Shown here one piece after another: positions 10,641-21,077 of a DNA stretch of 64,000 nucleotides. The translations under genes and the position numbers were made by a program. The stretch lies in NCBI GenBank assembly GCA_963674595.2, contig CAXXFV010000015.1, positions 128,001-192,000 of the forward strand, given 5' to 3'. Under the pieces are notes generated by a model. The model saw only the letters and a list, made by a program, of their open reading frames with translations, was not told where the DNA came from and ran no database searches. The DNA is from a bacterium (GTDB lineage Bacteria; Zhuqueibacterota; Zhuqueibacteria; Residuimicrobiales; Krinioviventaceae). Position 1 is the stretch's first letter. Every line of letters begins with the position of its first letter.

Positions 10641-12755
10641 ATGAATTCTTTAAATAAAAGGGTTTCCGAACTTTTTGTTTCGGAACCCTTTCATGCTTTT
10701 AAAGCAAAAGAAGTTGCGAAAAGATTAAAAATCCCTCAACACCAATACAAAGAGTTACGAACGCTGTTGAAAGAGTTGGTGCGGCAGGGAAATATCATTC
10801 GCATTAAAAAAAATCGCTACACAGCCGGTAAAAGCTCCTCAGAAGTGACAGGACAATTACAGGTGAGTTCGCAGGGATACGGATTTGTCCTTCAGGACGG
10901 TGATGATATATTTATCAGTCAAAAAAACATGGGGAAGGCTTTTCATAAGGACACGGTTTGTGTTCGTTTGTTTGCCGGTTCGGCTGGTAAAAAACCTGAA
11001 GGGATCGTTGTTGATGTGTTGCAACGTTACAGAACAAAAATTGTCGGCACCTTGCGTCAGGGCCGAAAACAGAGTTACGTTATTCCTGACGATTTAAAGA
11101 TCCACAAGGATATTGTCGTAACCAATGATTATGATTTACATGCTTTTGACGGCCAAAAAGTGGTGTGTCAAATAGACGAATGGGAGCACCAGCAACTGAG
11201 CCCTGTCGGCCATATTCTTGAGGTGCTGGGGTATCCTGAGGAAAAGGATGTGGACATTCAATCTATTATTCATGGATTTGACTTGTCGTCTGATTTTCCA
11301 TCCAAGCTTTCTCGTGAAATTAAAAATATTCCAAAATCAATTCCGGATAAAGAAGTAGATGGTCGTCTTGATTTAACAGAAAAGATCATTTTTACCATCG
11401 ACCCGGAAGATGCCAAAGATTTTGATGATGCAGTTTCGCTGGAAAAACTGCCCAATGAAAATTATCTATTAGGGGTGCATATTGCGGATGTAAGTTATTA
11501 TGTTTCTGAAAACAGCCCTGTTGATAAGGAAGCAGAAGATCGGGGAACATCTGTCTACCTGGTCGACCGCGTTATACCTATGCTGCCGGAAGAGCTGTCC
11601 AACGATTTATGCAGTTTGGTAGAAGCACAAAAAAAATTATGCTTTAGTGTTTTGATGGAATTAAATTCCGAAGCTGATGTTGTATCTTACACGTTTAAAG
11701 AAACCGTTATTAAAAGCAAAAAACGATTTACCTATGAACAGGTACAGGATATTATTACCGGGAAATCTGAAAGTGAATTTTCTTCGGTCATTTCAAGCAT
11801 GTATCGGTTGTCGCAGATGTTGATTAATAAACGCAGGAAAAGGGGTTGTATTGACTTTGAATCACTTGAAGTCAAAGTCGAACTTGATGATGAAGGCAAT
11901 CCCATTGCTTTAAAACGCAGAGAACGGCTCGATTCTCATCGTTTGGTTGAAGAATTTATGCTGCTTGCCAATGAAACTGTGGCCGGTTTTATCGGTCAAA
12001 AATTGGCGGCTGAATTAAATCAAACACTTCCATTTGTATACCGAATTCATGATAAACCTGACCAGGTTTCTGTAGATGAAATGCTGAAATTAGGACAGGC
12101 TTTTGGTATAACTATTCAACAACAAAAACGCCTGACGCCCAGGTTTTTCCAGCAATTATCCGAGCGGTTTCAAACACACCCGGCTTCAAATGTGCTGGAA
12201 TCCCAACTTTTGCGAACCATGAGGAAGGCACAATACAGCACAGAAAATATCGGACATTTTGGTTTGGCGTTAAAATACTATACCCACTTTACGTCTCCTA
12301 TTCGCCGATATCCGGATTTGATGGTACACAGGCTGCTTAAAAAATATTTATCTGATAATCCTGTTGCGAATATAACCCCTGTTAATATTTTGTCTCAAAA
12401 GTGCAAAAAATCAACAGACATGGAAATAAAAGCCCAGGAAGCTGAAAGAGCATCAATAAAACTGAAACAAGTAGAGTATTTGGAACGTCATTTAGGTGAT
12501 GTTTTTGAGGGCGTAATTGCCAGAATTGTTAATTTTGGTCTTTTTGTCACCATCCCGGAATTTTTAATTGACGGTCTTTTGCATGTGAGTGCTCTGGATG
12601 ATGATTATTATGTATATGATGAATTTACATTCTCGCTGATTGGCACCTATACAAAAAAGAAATATCGTCTTGGTGATAAAATAACGGTGCGTGTCAGCCG
12701 CGTTGATCGAAACGAAAAACTGGTGGATTTTGATTTGGTATATGAAAAAGAATAA
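10641..12755 (+). CDS. rnr: Ribonuclease R
   Basis: N-terminal HTH and cold-shock domains, RNB motif TIDPEDAKDFDDA, YTHFTSPIRRYPD, C-terminal S1 domain. Confidence 0.96.
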   Translation: MNSLNKRVSELFVSEPFHAFKAKEVAKRLKIPQHQYKELRTLLKELVRQGNIIRIKKNRYTAGKSSSEVTGQLQVSSQGYGFVLQDGDDIFISQKNMGKAFHKDTVCVRLFAGSAGKKPEGIVVDVLQRYRTKIVGTLRQGRKQSYVIPDDLKIHKDIVVTNDYDLHAFDGQKVVCQIDEWEHQQLSPVGHILEVLGYPEEKDVDIQSIIHGFDLSSDFPSKLSREIKNIPKSIPDKEVDGRLDLTEKIIFTIDPEDAKDFDDAVSLEKLPNENYLLGVHIADVSYYVSENSPVDKEAEDRGTSVYLVDRVIPMLPEELSNDLCSLVEAQKKLCFSVLMELNSEADVVSYTFKETVIKSKKRFTYEQVQDIITGKSESEFSSVISSMYRLSQMLINKRRKRGCIDFESLEVKVELDDEGNPIALKRRERLDSHRLVEEFMLLANETVAGFIGQKLAAELNQTLPFVYRIHDKPDQVSVDEMLKLGQAFGITIQQQKRLTPRFFQQLSERFQTHPASNVLESQLLRTMRKAQYSTENIGHFGLALKYYTHFTSPIRRYPDLMVHRLLKKYLSDNPVANITPVNILSQKCKKSTDMEIKAQEAERASIKLKQVEYLERHLGDVFEGVIARIVNFGLFVTIPEFLIDGLLHVSALDDDYYVYDEFTFSLIGTYTKKKYRLGDKITVRVSRVDRNEKLVDFDLVYEKE

Positions 12756-12767
12756 GGATAGATTCTA

Positions 12768-13478
12768 GTGAAAAATTTAGAGGTTGAATTATTAGAGAAA
12801 AAATCAATAGGTAAAGATATAATAGAGTTTGTTTTTGAACGCCCGGCCGATTTTTTGTTTCAATCCGGGCAGCATATCGTTTTACGCTTGCCGGAATTAC
12901 AATTCCCTGACAAAAAAGGATCGACACGTATTTTTACGATTGCTTCGTCAGAATCTGAAAAAGAATTGAAAATTACAACCAGACAGACCAATAGCGGGTT
13001 TAAAAAAACATTGTCTCAAATGCGCGAAAAAAAAGTTGTAATAATGGGGCCAAAAGGGAAAATGGTTTTAAATGGTTCTGAGCCGGTTGTTTTTATTGCC
13101 GGCGGGATTGGGATTACACCATTTATCAGTATGGTTAAAACGGCTGTAGAAAAAAATGCTGATCAAAAAATGGTTTTGTTTTACTCCAACAAAACCAAAC
13201 AAAACATTGCCTACCATGATTTTTTCACCCAATGTTCGGAAACAAAAAATGTTAATTTAGTTTATGTTCCTACAATTACCGGTGAGGCTGATTCGGACTG
13301 GACTGGTGAGTATGGTAGAATTAATTCCGGATTTTTTGAGAAATATATTACCAAATTGGATGATTATAAATTTTATGTATGTGGATCACCATCCATGGTG
13401 GACCAGATGAAAAAAGAACTTGAGGAATATGGTGTTGATTCCGGTTGTATTTTCTCAGAGTCATTTTTTGGTTATTAG
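12768..13478 (+). CDS. FAD/NAD(P)-binding oxidoreductase (FNR family)
   Basis: RIFTIAS (RxFS-like), AGGIGITPF, YVCGSPSM, terminal ESF. Confidence 0.85.
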   Translation: MKNLEVELLEKKSIGKDIIEFVFERPADFLFQSGQHIVLRLPELQFPDKKGSTRIFTIASSESEKELKITTRQTNSGFKKTLSQMREKKVVIMGPKGKMVLNGSEPVVFIAGGIGITPFISMVKTAVEKNADQKMVLFYSNKTKQNIAYHDFFTQCSETKNVNLVYVPTITGEADSDWTGEYGRINSGFFEKYITKLDDYKFYVCGSPSMVDQMKKELEEYGVDSGCIFSESFFGY

Positions 13479-13522
13479 AACACGTTGTCTCGAATAAATT
13501 AAAATTAAAAATAAATACTTGA

Positions 13523-15217
13523 ATGGAGGAAAGTGAAATGAAAAATTACTGGGCAAAGTTCGGGCTATTAATGTTTGTCGTTGCTTATATTATTGGCTGC
13601 GGACCAAATGCGGAGGAGAAAAAAGTGCAAGAGTTTATTACCAAACATGTTGATAAAATAGCTCCTAAAATGAAAGAAGCAAATCTTGCTTATTGGAGCG
13701 CCGCTAACGGAAAGCCTGAAGATTTTAAAAAATATGCTGAATTGGACCTTGAAATTCGAAAAATCCAAAGTAATCCGCAGGAATTTGCCTTGTTGAAAGA
13801 ATTCAAGTCAAATGAACAGATTAAAGATCCGGTTTTAAAACGACAGGTTGATCTTTTGTATAATCAATATCTGGAAAACCAGATTGATTCCGTATTGATG
13901 AAAAAAATTGTGGATCTCGGTACAAAAGTCGAGACGGATTTTACCGGCTTTCGTGGTGAAATTAAGGGTAAAAAAATCACTTCAAATGAAATTGAAGAAA
14001 TTCTAAAAGAAGAAACCGATTCCCGAAAAAGAAGAGATACCTGGTATGCAAGCAAGCAGGTCGGTGAAAAAGTGTCCGATGATATTATAAAGCTGGTTAA
14101 ACTTCGAAATGAAGCTGCCAAATTATTAGGTTTTGATAATTACCATACAATGTATCTTTCCATGAATGAGCAGAACGTAAGTGAATTAGACCAAATATTT
14201 GATGAACTTTACGAATTGACGAATGAACCCTTTAAACAGATAAAAGCTGAGCTTGACAGTATATTGGCTGACATGTATGGTGTTGGTATTGAAGGTTTGA
14301 TGCCCTGGCATTATCATGATCCGTTTTTTCAGGAAACACCATTGGTTTACGAACTTGATCTTGACATATACTATAAGGACAAAGATGTTAAGGAATTAGC
14401 TGTCCAATTTTATGATGGAATTAATATGCCGGTTGAATCCATTATTAATAACAGCGATTTATATGAACGGGAAGGCAAAAATCCACATGCATTTTGCGCG
14501 GATATCGACCGCGAAGGCGATGTCAGAATTCTTTGTAACCTGAAAAACAATGAACGCTGGATGGAAACCATGCTGCATGAGTTGGGTCATGCTGTTTACG
14601 ACAAGTATCAGGATAGTAAGGCACCATTCCTGTTAAGACAACCTGCTCATATTTTTACAACAGAAGCCATTGCCATGTTTTTCGGCCGTTTGAGCCGTAA
14701 TGCGAATTGGATGCAGGACATGCTCGGATTGACAGATGAAGAGAAAAATGAAATTGAAAATATGAGTAATAAATACGCCCAACTGAAACAATTGATTTTT
14801 GCACGGTGGGCTATGGTTATGTATAGTTTTGAAAAAGAGCTGTATGCGAATCCGGACCAGGATTTGAATCAACTATGGTGGGACTTGGTTGAAAAATACC
14901 AGTTTGTAAACAAACCGGCTAATAGAGATAAACCGGACTGGGCCGCTAAAATTCATTTTACCATTGCGCCGTGCTATTATCACAATTATTTATTGGGTGA
15001 ATTGCTGGCCTCTCAATTACATCATTATATTACCACCAATGTGTTAAAACTTGAAAATGATAAAGATGTCAGTTATGTTGGTGAAAAAGCAATGGGAGAT
15101 TATTTAAAGAAAAATGTATTTAATGTCGGAGCCGTATATCAGTGGAACACAATGATAGTAAATGCAACAGGTGAACCATTGACATCAAAATATTTTGTTG
15201 AACAATTTGTAAAATAG
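13523..15217 (+). CDS. M2/M3-family zinc metallopeptidase, probable lipoprotein
   Basis: HELGH followed by TEAIA (gluzincin), KIHFTIAPCYYHNY; lipobox IIGC; the start may be the second Met (13538). Confidence 0.85.
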   Translation: MEESEMKNYWAKFGLLMFVVAYIIGCGPNAEEKKVQEFITKHVDKIAPKMKEANLAYWSAANGKPEDFKKYAELDLEIRKIQSNPQEFALLKEFKSNEQIKDPVLKRQVDLLYNQYLENQIDSVLMKKIVDLGTKVETDFTGFRGEIKGKKITSNEIEEILKEETDSRKRRDTWYASKQVGEKVSDDIIKLVKLRNEAAKLLGFDNYHTMYLSMNEQNVSELDQIFDELYELTNEPFKQIKAELDSILADMYGVGIEGLMPWHYHDPFFQETPLVYELDLDIYYKDKDVKELAVQFYDGINMPVESIINNSDLYEREGKNPHAFCADIDREGDVRILCNLKNNERWMETMLHELGHAVYDKYQDSKAPFLLRQPAHIFTTEAIAMFFGRLSRNANWMQDMLGLTDEEKNEIENMSNKYAQLKQLIFARWAMVMYSFEKELYANPDQDLNQLWWDLVEKYQFVNKPANRDKPDWAAKIHFTIAPCYYHNYLLGELLASQLHHYITTNVLKLENDKDVSYVGEKAMGDYLKKNVFNVGAVYQWNTMIVNATGEPLTSKYFVEQFVK

Positions 15218-15222
15218 AACGA

Positions 15223-16545
15223 TTGCGCTGGAAGGAAAACAAAATATTTAAAATATATCCGGATGGAACTCAAAAACAGCTAAATCCGTTTACCGGTTCT
15301 AAAGTATGGTATATTCCCGGCCGGTATAATCGTCCGAATTATACTTTAGAAGCTAAACAGGAAAATAAACTCGTTTCAAGGTCTCCTGAAGATTATTGCG
15401 ATTTTTGTCCGGCAAATTATCATCGCACAACACCGGAGAAATCACGCTTGGTTATTGAAAAAAGTGGTTTCTCCATTTCTGACCGTTGTTCTGCTAAAAC
15501 TGTTTTTTCACAGACAGCGGATTTTAGACGAATAGCAAATCTGTTTGAAATCGTACAACTGTCCTATTGGCAAAAAAATTATGGATATACATTATCATCA
15601 AAAAATATTGCCTGGAAAGAACAGTATATAAGCGAAAAACAAGGCCTCGATCATGTTATTAATCTGATAGATCTGAAATTAGAGTATAGCGGTCTGTCGG
15701 TTGATGAAATTAAAGATTTTCCTCATGATGAAAAACTAAAAATGGCTGACGCCTTTTTTTGCGGAGCGCATGAGTTGATCGTTCCAAAACGACATTATTC
15801 TTTTAAAGCAAAAACAGATCATGATTTATGTTCATCCGGCACGTTATCACCGGATGAACATTTTTATTTTATGCAGTTCACAATTCACGCGCTTTTAGAT
15901 ATTTATGAAAATAATGAAAATGTACGTTACACAAGTGTGTTTCAAAACTGGCTGCGATCTGCCGGGGCGTCCTTTGGTCATCTTCACAAACAGCTTGTGG
16001 CCCTGGATGAATGGGGTATCATTCTTCGTCGTATGGCCGGTATGGTTTCCAAATCACCGAATATCTTTAATGATTTATTGATAAATTTTGCGGTCAAGAA
16101 TCACTTGTTGATTTGTGAAAACGATTATGCGCTGGCTGTGGTGGAAATTGGTCATCGCCACCCAACTGTTGCTGTTTATTCCAAAAGCCGAAATTGTCGC
16201 CCTGAAGAGCATACTGTTCAGGAATTGCAAGGTTTTAGTGATATCGTTCATGCTATCCACGCTGCTATGGGTGATCGGCTGCCATGTAATGAAGAGTGGT
16301 ATTACCAACCCCGCGACTGCCATTTACCCATTCCCTGGCATGTGCTGCTGAAATGGCGGATTAATGTTCCTGCCGGATTTGAAGGCGGCACCGAGATTTT
16401 TATTAATCCATTATCACCAACAGAAATAAGGGACCAATTAATACCCAGATTGCTGCATCTTGAATCACAAAAAATGATAAGGGTTGATCGCATTGGTGAG
16501 AATTGTAACCCGGATTTACAACCTTTACAATATTCCAAATTTTAA
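15223..16545 (+). CDS. DUF4921 / GalT-like (HIT superfamily) protein
   Basis: NPFTG..VW..PGR..RP, CDFC, FQNW...AGASF.HLHKQL (HxHxQ). Confidence 0.75.
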   Translation: MRWKENKIFKIYPDGTQKQLNPFTGSKVWYIPGRYNRPNYTLEAKQENKLVSRSPEDYCDFCPANYHRTTPEKSRLVIEKSGFSISDRCSAKTVFSQTADFRRIANLFEIVQLSYWQKNYGYTLSSKNIAWKEQYISEKQGLDHVINLIDLKLEYSGLSVDEIKDFPHDEKLKMADAFFCGAHELIVPKRHYSFKAKTDHDLCSSGTLSPDEHFYFMQFTIHALLDIYENNENVRYTSVFQNWLRSAGASFGHLHKQLVALDEWGIILRRMAGMVSKSPNIFNDLLINFAVKNHLLICENDYALAVVEIGHRHPTVAVYSKSRNCRPEEHTVQELQGFSDIVHAIHAAMGDRLPCNEEWYYQPRDCHLPIPWHVLLKWRINVPAGFEGGTEIFINPLSPTEIRDQLIPRLLHLESQKMIRVDRIGENCNPDLQPLQYSKF

Positions 16546-16587
16546 TTGTTTTATTCGAACAGGATATATTTTCCATTTAAAAAGAAC

Positions 16588-16616
16588 TTGATAGTCCGTA
16601 TGTTTTAGGATATATT
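16588..16616 (+). promoter_or_regulatory. Putative sigma70 promoter of the 16.6-21.7 kb gene cluster
   Basis: TTGATA, 17 nt spacer, TATATT. Confidence 0.55.
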
Positions 16617-16642
16617 AAAGGATCAGAAATATAAAGGACAAT

Positions 16643-17251
16643 GTGAAAAAAAATATCCTAAAAATAGCCGGTCTGTGTTTGTTGTGTGCTATAATTTATT
16701 GCACCTCTATATTTGATACGCGTGAGCCGGAAACTCCTGTTACGAATCAATCCAGTTGGATACAACCGACATCGCCAAATAGTGTTATGATAAATTTACG
16801 TAATGCTATTGCTGAAAAAAATATAACAAATTACCTGAGGTGTTTGGCAGATACAAGTTTGTCTGAAAAGTTTTTTATTTTTATTCCCGAACCGGCCGTT
16901 GCCAATGCTAATCCGGGTCTTTTTGACAGATGGAGCAAAGATAAAGAGGAAGCATATTTTTATCAAATGCTGTTGTTTTTACCGACGGATTCCACAAGCA
17001 AGTTGTCGTTGGAACTTTTGCGTGAAGATGCTCCCGGCGATTCTGTTATCCTGTTACACAAATATGAATTGACCATTCATCAAAAATGCCAGGATGAAAA
17101 TTCATCCTGTCCGCGTTCTATGGAAGGACAGGTCGAGTTTCGTCTTGTCCGAACAGATGAGGATTTTTGGTATATTTACCAATGGAAAGATTTTTCCATT
17201 AGTAACACACCAGCATGGAGTGATTTAAAAGCCCAGTTTGGAAAATTATAA
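16643..17251 (+). CDS. Hypothetical exported/lipoprotein (probable paralog of 33815-34315)
   Basis: Signal peptide with Cys; shares SP..V..N...A...K....Y...L and C-terminal W.I..WKD with 33815-34315. Confidence 0.6.
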   Translation: MKKNILKIAGLCLLCAIIYCTSIFDTREPETPVTNQSSWIQPTSPNSVMINLRNAIAEKNITNYLRCLADTSLSEKFFIFIPEPAVANANPGLFDRWSKDKEEAYFYQMLLFLPTDSTSKLSLELLREDAPGDSVILLHKYELTIHQKCQDENSSCPRSMEGQVEFRLVRTDEDFWYIYQWKDFSISNTPAWSDLKAQFGKL

Positions 17252-17265
17252 TTTAAAAATATGAA

Positions 17266-18387
17266 TTGTTGATGAAACGTAAAATTAATAAAAATTATAA
17301 CCTTAAAAAATTATCACTAAACTACAAGTTTTCCCGTTTGGAAAAATACCTTGCCATATCGGCGGTTGTACTGGCTGTTATTCGGTTTCTTATATTACCG
17401 TTGGTTTTAAGTGATGGGGTTTATGTGCCGGTTTCATCCAATAAAACGGAACAAATCAGGACCGTTGTTAAGACCCTTTGTGATGATTTTTATATAAACA
17501 ATACACTCCATTCTTTTCAGGGCAAAGAATGGAGCGTAAAAGTTCCGGTCAAGTTTCGTTTAATTCCTTTTTATGCATCTCTTCAGTCTGAGTTAATAAA
17601 GATTGATACGGATATTATCAACTGTACGGAAAAGTCCAATAAAAACGTTGTATTGACGCTGGGGGATGATAAAGGTAAAATTGTCAGGCTGTCATTAATA
17701 AAAAATGAAAAATTACATGACGTTGTAGGTCGTGTTGCTATCATTATTGATGATTTTGGATATAATTATAATGATGTGACGAAAAGTTTCCTCTTTTTCG
17801 AGGTTCCTTTAACTATTGCAATATTACCCGGATTATCGCATTCCCAGGTTATTGCACGGGATGCCGGATTGGCAAACAAAGATGTGCTGGTCCACATGCC
17901 GATGGAACCTCTGGAGGCAGAGATCCATGATGACGGTTTTACGCTTTTAACGACACAGGAATCCGGGATTATTCGTTTAAGGATCAAAAAAGCTATGGCC
18001 GCTATTCCAAATGCTGTGGGTATGAATAATCATCAGGGATCAAAAGCAACAACAGACGCCCGGTTGTTAAATACGTTATTTATAGAGTTGCACAGTCAAA
18101 ACAAATTTTTCATCGATAGCCGGACAAATTCAAAAAGTATCGCTTTAACTGTCGCCCGGCAAAATAATGTACCGGCAAGGGCCAACCAATTGTTTTTAGA
18201 TGCTAAAGATGACGATGAATTTATAAAAAGTCAAATCGTCCGAATGGCAGATTTGGCCCGAAAAAACGGGTCTGTTATCGCAATAGGCCATGACCGTGAA
18301 AAAACATATAAAATACTTGAAGAGATGCTTCCGCCGCTGCAGGCCAGGGGCATTGAATTTGTCGGTGTTTCCGAACTGTTAAAATGA
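17266..18387 (+). CDS. Divergent polysaccharide deacetylase (YibQ-like) with N-terminal membrane anchor
   Basis: AIIIDDFG, HMPMEP, NNHQGS, FIDSRT, FLD, IAIGH. Confidence 0.88.
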   Translation: MLMKRKINKNYNLKKLSLNYKFSRLEKYLAISAVVLAVIRFLILPLVLSDGVYVPVSSNKTEQIRTVVKTLCDDFYINNTLHSFQGKEWSVKVPVKFRLIPFYASLQSELIKIDTDIINCTEKSNKNVVLTLGDDKGKIVRLSLIKNEKLHDVVGRVAIIIDDFGYNYNDVTKSFLFFEVPLTIAILPGLSHSQVIARDAGLANKDVLVHMPMEPLEAEIHDDGFTLLTTQESGIIRLRIKKAMAAIPNAVGMNNHQGSKATTDARLLNTLFIELHSQNKFFIDSRTNSKSIALTVARQNNVPARANQLFLDAKDDDEFIKSQIVRMADLARKNGSVIAIGHDREKTYKILEEMLPPLQARGIEFVGVSELLK

Positions 18388-18418
18388 TTTATAAATATAG
18401 ACTTGAAAGGTATATTTT

Positions 18419-19132
18419 ATGGCACGTTTATGTTTATGTATTAACCAGGTGGCTAAATTTCGCAACAGTCTTAAAAAAATGGAACCAGACCCTGTTGCCG
18501 TTGCGATTGCCGCCGAAATTGCCGGTATCGACGGCATTGTGGCACATTTAAAAGAAGACAGGTCTGATATTACCGATCGGGATGTTTCTGTCCTCAAGGA
18601 GGTCGTCAGGTCTCATTTTAATCTGGCCATTCCCATGAATGACGATATGGTTAAAAAAGCGTTACATTGGCTGCCGGATATGGTTACCCTGGTTCCGGCA
18701 ACCCGTGAAGAAAATCAGGCGGAATCTCTCGATGTTACGTCCAACCTGGAGTATATTGAAGATGTTGTTACCGCTTTGCGTGCAAACAATATCGTTGTTA
18801 ATGTTTTAATAGAACCGGATATCCAACAATTACGTGCCGCTGCCCGTGTTCGGGTTGATTATGTACAATTAAATTGTACGCCCTTAAAAAACATTGAAGA
18901 TTTGGGCTCAATGAACGATTTTATTGAAAATTTGAAATCAGTTGCTATAGCCGCAAATAAGCTGGGACTTGGTGTGTCGCTTGGAAGAGGAATTGACTTT
19001 CAGAATTTAAAAGAAATGAATGATGTCCCCTATTTTGAAGAGTTTAATATTGGTAAAGCTATTATTGCCCGTTCTGTTGTTGTTGGTGTTGAGCGTGCCA
19101 TACAGGCAACCCGAAATATTTTAAAATCATAG
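18419..19132 (+). CDS. pdxJ: Pyridoxine 5'-phosphate synthase (PdxJ)-like protein with degenerate active site
   Basis: PDPV..A..AE.AG.DGI..HL.EDR..I.DRDV, TLVP..REE...E.LDV and E.NIG.AII.R align with PdxJ, but many catalytic residues are substituted (see findings). Confidence 0.75.
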   Translation: MARLCLCINQVAKFRNSLKKMEPDPVAVAIAAEIAGIDGIVAHLKEDRSDITDRDVSVLKEVVRSHFNLAIPMNDDMVKKALHWLPDMVTLVPATREENQAESLDVTSNLEYIEDVVTALRANNIVVNVLIEPDIQQLRAAARVRVDYVQLNCTPLKNIEDLGSMNDFIENLKSVAIAANKLGLGVSLGRGIDFQNLKEMNDVPYFEEFNIGKAIIARSVVVGVERAIQATRNILKS

Positions 19133-19140
19133 GAAAAATT

Positions 19141-19674
19141 ATGCTGGACCAGATAATTGAACTGTTCCCAGAGTTTTCCGGAATTTATAATAATTCCTTG
19201 CGTACCAAAACATTAAATTGCTGGCATGACGCCATGAAACTTGGTAAATGGCAGCCTGCTGATTTGGATGACATTCCTTTTACACTTTTAATACCAAATT
19301 GTAAAACAAGTTTTCGGACCCATGTAAGGGCTGTTACCCGTACTGCTCTGGAATCGGCCAAAGTGTTGACAGAATATTATTCTGATGAATATTCTTTAAA
19401 TATGGATATTCTCTGTGCCGGTGGTTTATTGCATGATATTGGAAAATTGCTGGAATATGAAAAAGTTGATGGGCAGTATGTAAAAAGCCGTACGGGAACG
19501 CTGTTACGTCATCCTTTTTCCGGGGCCGGTTTGGCTTTAAAGCATGGGTTACCTGACGAAATAATTCACATCATTGCAACACATGCCAAGGAAGGTGACG
19601 GAGGTTACCGCTGTCCCGAAGCTATTATTATTCACCATGCGGATTTTATGAATTTTGAACCCCTAAAGTTGTAA
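19141..19674 (+). CDS. HD-domain (HDIG) metal-dependent phosphohydrolase
   Basis: H...V, LLHDIGKLLEY, LRHP.SG, HIIATH, HHAD. Confidence 0.85.
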   Translation: MLDQIIELFPEFSGIYNNSLRTKTLNCWHDAMKLGKWQPADLDDIPFTLLIPNCKTSFRTHVRAVTRTALESAKVLTEYYSDEYSLNMDILCAGGLLHDIGKLLEYEKVDGQYVKSRTGTLLRHPFSGAGLALKHGLPDEIIHIIATHAKEGDGGYRCPEAIIIHHADFMNFEPLKL

Positions 19675-19700
19675 GTTTCTGATATCTATGAGGTGATGCC

Positions 19701-21077
19701 ATGTTGTTCCCTGCCGAACCCTTTCGTATTAAAGTTGTGGAACCGTTAAAAAAGACTACACGTCAGCAGCGCGATGAGCTCATTCGCAAAGCCGGATATA
19801 ACGTTTTTTCACTCCCGGCTGATAGTATTTATGTGGATTTGTTGACCGATAGCGGTACATCGGCAATGAGTGATTATCAATGGGCCGGAATGATGATGGG
19901 AGACGAATCCTATGCCGGCAGTAAGAATTATTATCATTTCGAAAAAACGGTCCGGAATATTTTTGGCTTTAAGCATATTATTCCGACGCACCAGGGGCGT
20001 TCTGCTGAAAATTTACTTTTTTCAGTTATTTTAAAAAAGGGAAATATCGTTCCCAATAATATTCATTTTGACACAACCCGTGCAAACATTCAATATAACG
20101 GCGGTAAACCTTACGATCTGGTAATTGATGCCGGTTTAGACCCGAATAGTGAATTCCCCTTTAAAGGCAACATGGATCCTTCCAAACTGAGAAAATTAAT
20201 TGAACAGGAAGGACCGGAGAACATCCCGATTATTATGATGACCGTTACAAACAACAGCGGCGGCGGTCAGCCTGTTTCTATGGAAAATATTCGCCAGGTT
20301 TCGGCAATTGCCAAAGAGTACAAATTACCGTTTTTTTTGGATGCCTGCCGTTTTGCAGAGAATTGCTATTTCATAAAAGAACGGGAACCGGAATTTAAAA
20401 ACACGGAAATTATTGACATTGCTCGTGAAATGTTTTCCTATGCAGACGGATGCACCATGAGCGCAAAAAAAGACGGTCTGGTCAACATTGGCGGGTTTCT
20501 GGGTATGCATGACGATTCCCTGGCAGAAAAGGCATCAAACTTGTTAATTTTGGTGGAAGGTTTCCCGACCTATGGCGGCTTGGCAGGAAGGGACCTGGAA
20601 GCGATTGCCAGAGGTTTGCAGGAAGTTGTTAATGAAGATTATCTTGCCTTTCGAATCGGGCAGGTGCGTTACCTTGGTGAATTATTACAAAATGCCGGCG
20701 TTCCCATCGTTCAACCTGTGGGTGGTCATGCTGTGTATTTAAATGCCAAAGAATTTTTACCCAATATTCCTCAAAAACACTTTCCGGGACAGGCATTAAC
20801 TGTTGCACTCTATCGTGATGCGGGTATTCGTGCTGTTGAAATCGGCAGTTTAATGTTTGGTGAAAAAGACCCGGAAACCGGAATTGAAAAATACCCGGAG
20901 CTTGAACTGGTCCGGTTGGCCATTCCGCGACGGGTTTATACGTCCATGCACATGAACTATGTCGCTGAATCCATTATAGAAATTTTTAAAAATCGTGACA
21001 AAATTAAGGGAATGAAAATTATACACCAGGCCCCTATATTACGTCACTTTACAGCGCGACTGGAGGAGCTTGTTTGA
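19701..21077 (+). CDS. tnaA: Tryptophanase (PLP-dependent beta-eliminating lyase)
   Basis: EPFRIKVVE, DLLTDSGT, MSAKKD (PLP lysine) and LRHFTARL; these are tryptophanase-type, whereas tyrosine phenol-lyase has SGKKD and LRFF. Confidence 0.85.
   Translation: MLFPAEPFRIKVVEPLKKTTRQQRDELIRKAGYNVFSLPADSIYVDLLTDSGTSAMSDYQWAGMMMGDESYAGSKNYYHFEKTVRNIFGFKHIIPTHQGRSAENLLFSVILKKGNIVPNNIHFDTTRANIQYNGGKPYDLVIDAGLDPNSEFPFKGNMDPSKLRKLIEQEGPENIPIIMMTVTNNSGGGQPVSMENIRQVSAIAKEYKLPFFLDACRFAENCYFIKEREPEFKNTEIIDIAREMFSYADGCTMSAKKDGLVNIGGFLGMHDDSLAEKASNLLILVEGFPTYGGLAGRDLEAIARGLQEVVNEDYLAFRIGQVRYLGELLQNAGVPIVQPVGGHAVYLNAKEFLPNIPQKHFPGQALTVALYRDAGIRAVEIGSLMFGEKDPETGIEKYPELELVRLAIPRRVYTSMHMNYVAESIIEIFKNRDKIKGMKIIHQAPILRHFTARLEELV

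Noticed and set aside
19701-21077. Tyrosine phenol-lyase assignment
   Set aside because: SAKKD and LRHFT match tryptophanase rather than TPL (SGKKD, LRFFT).
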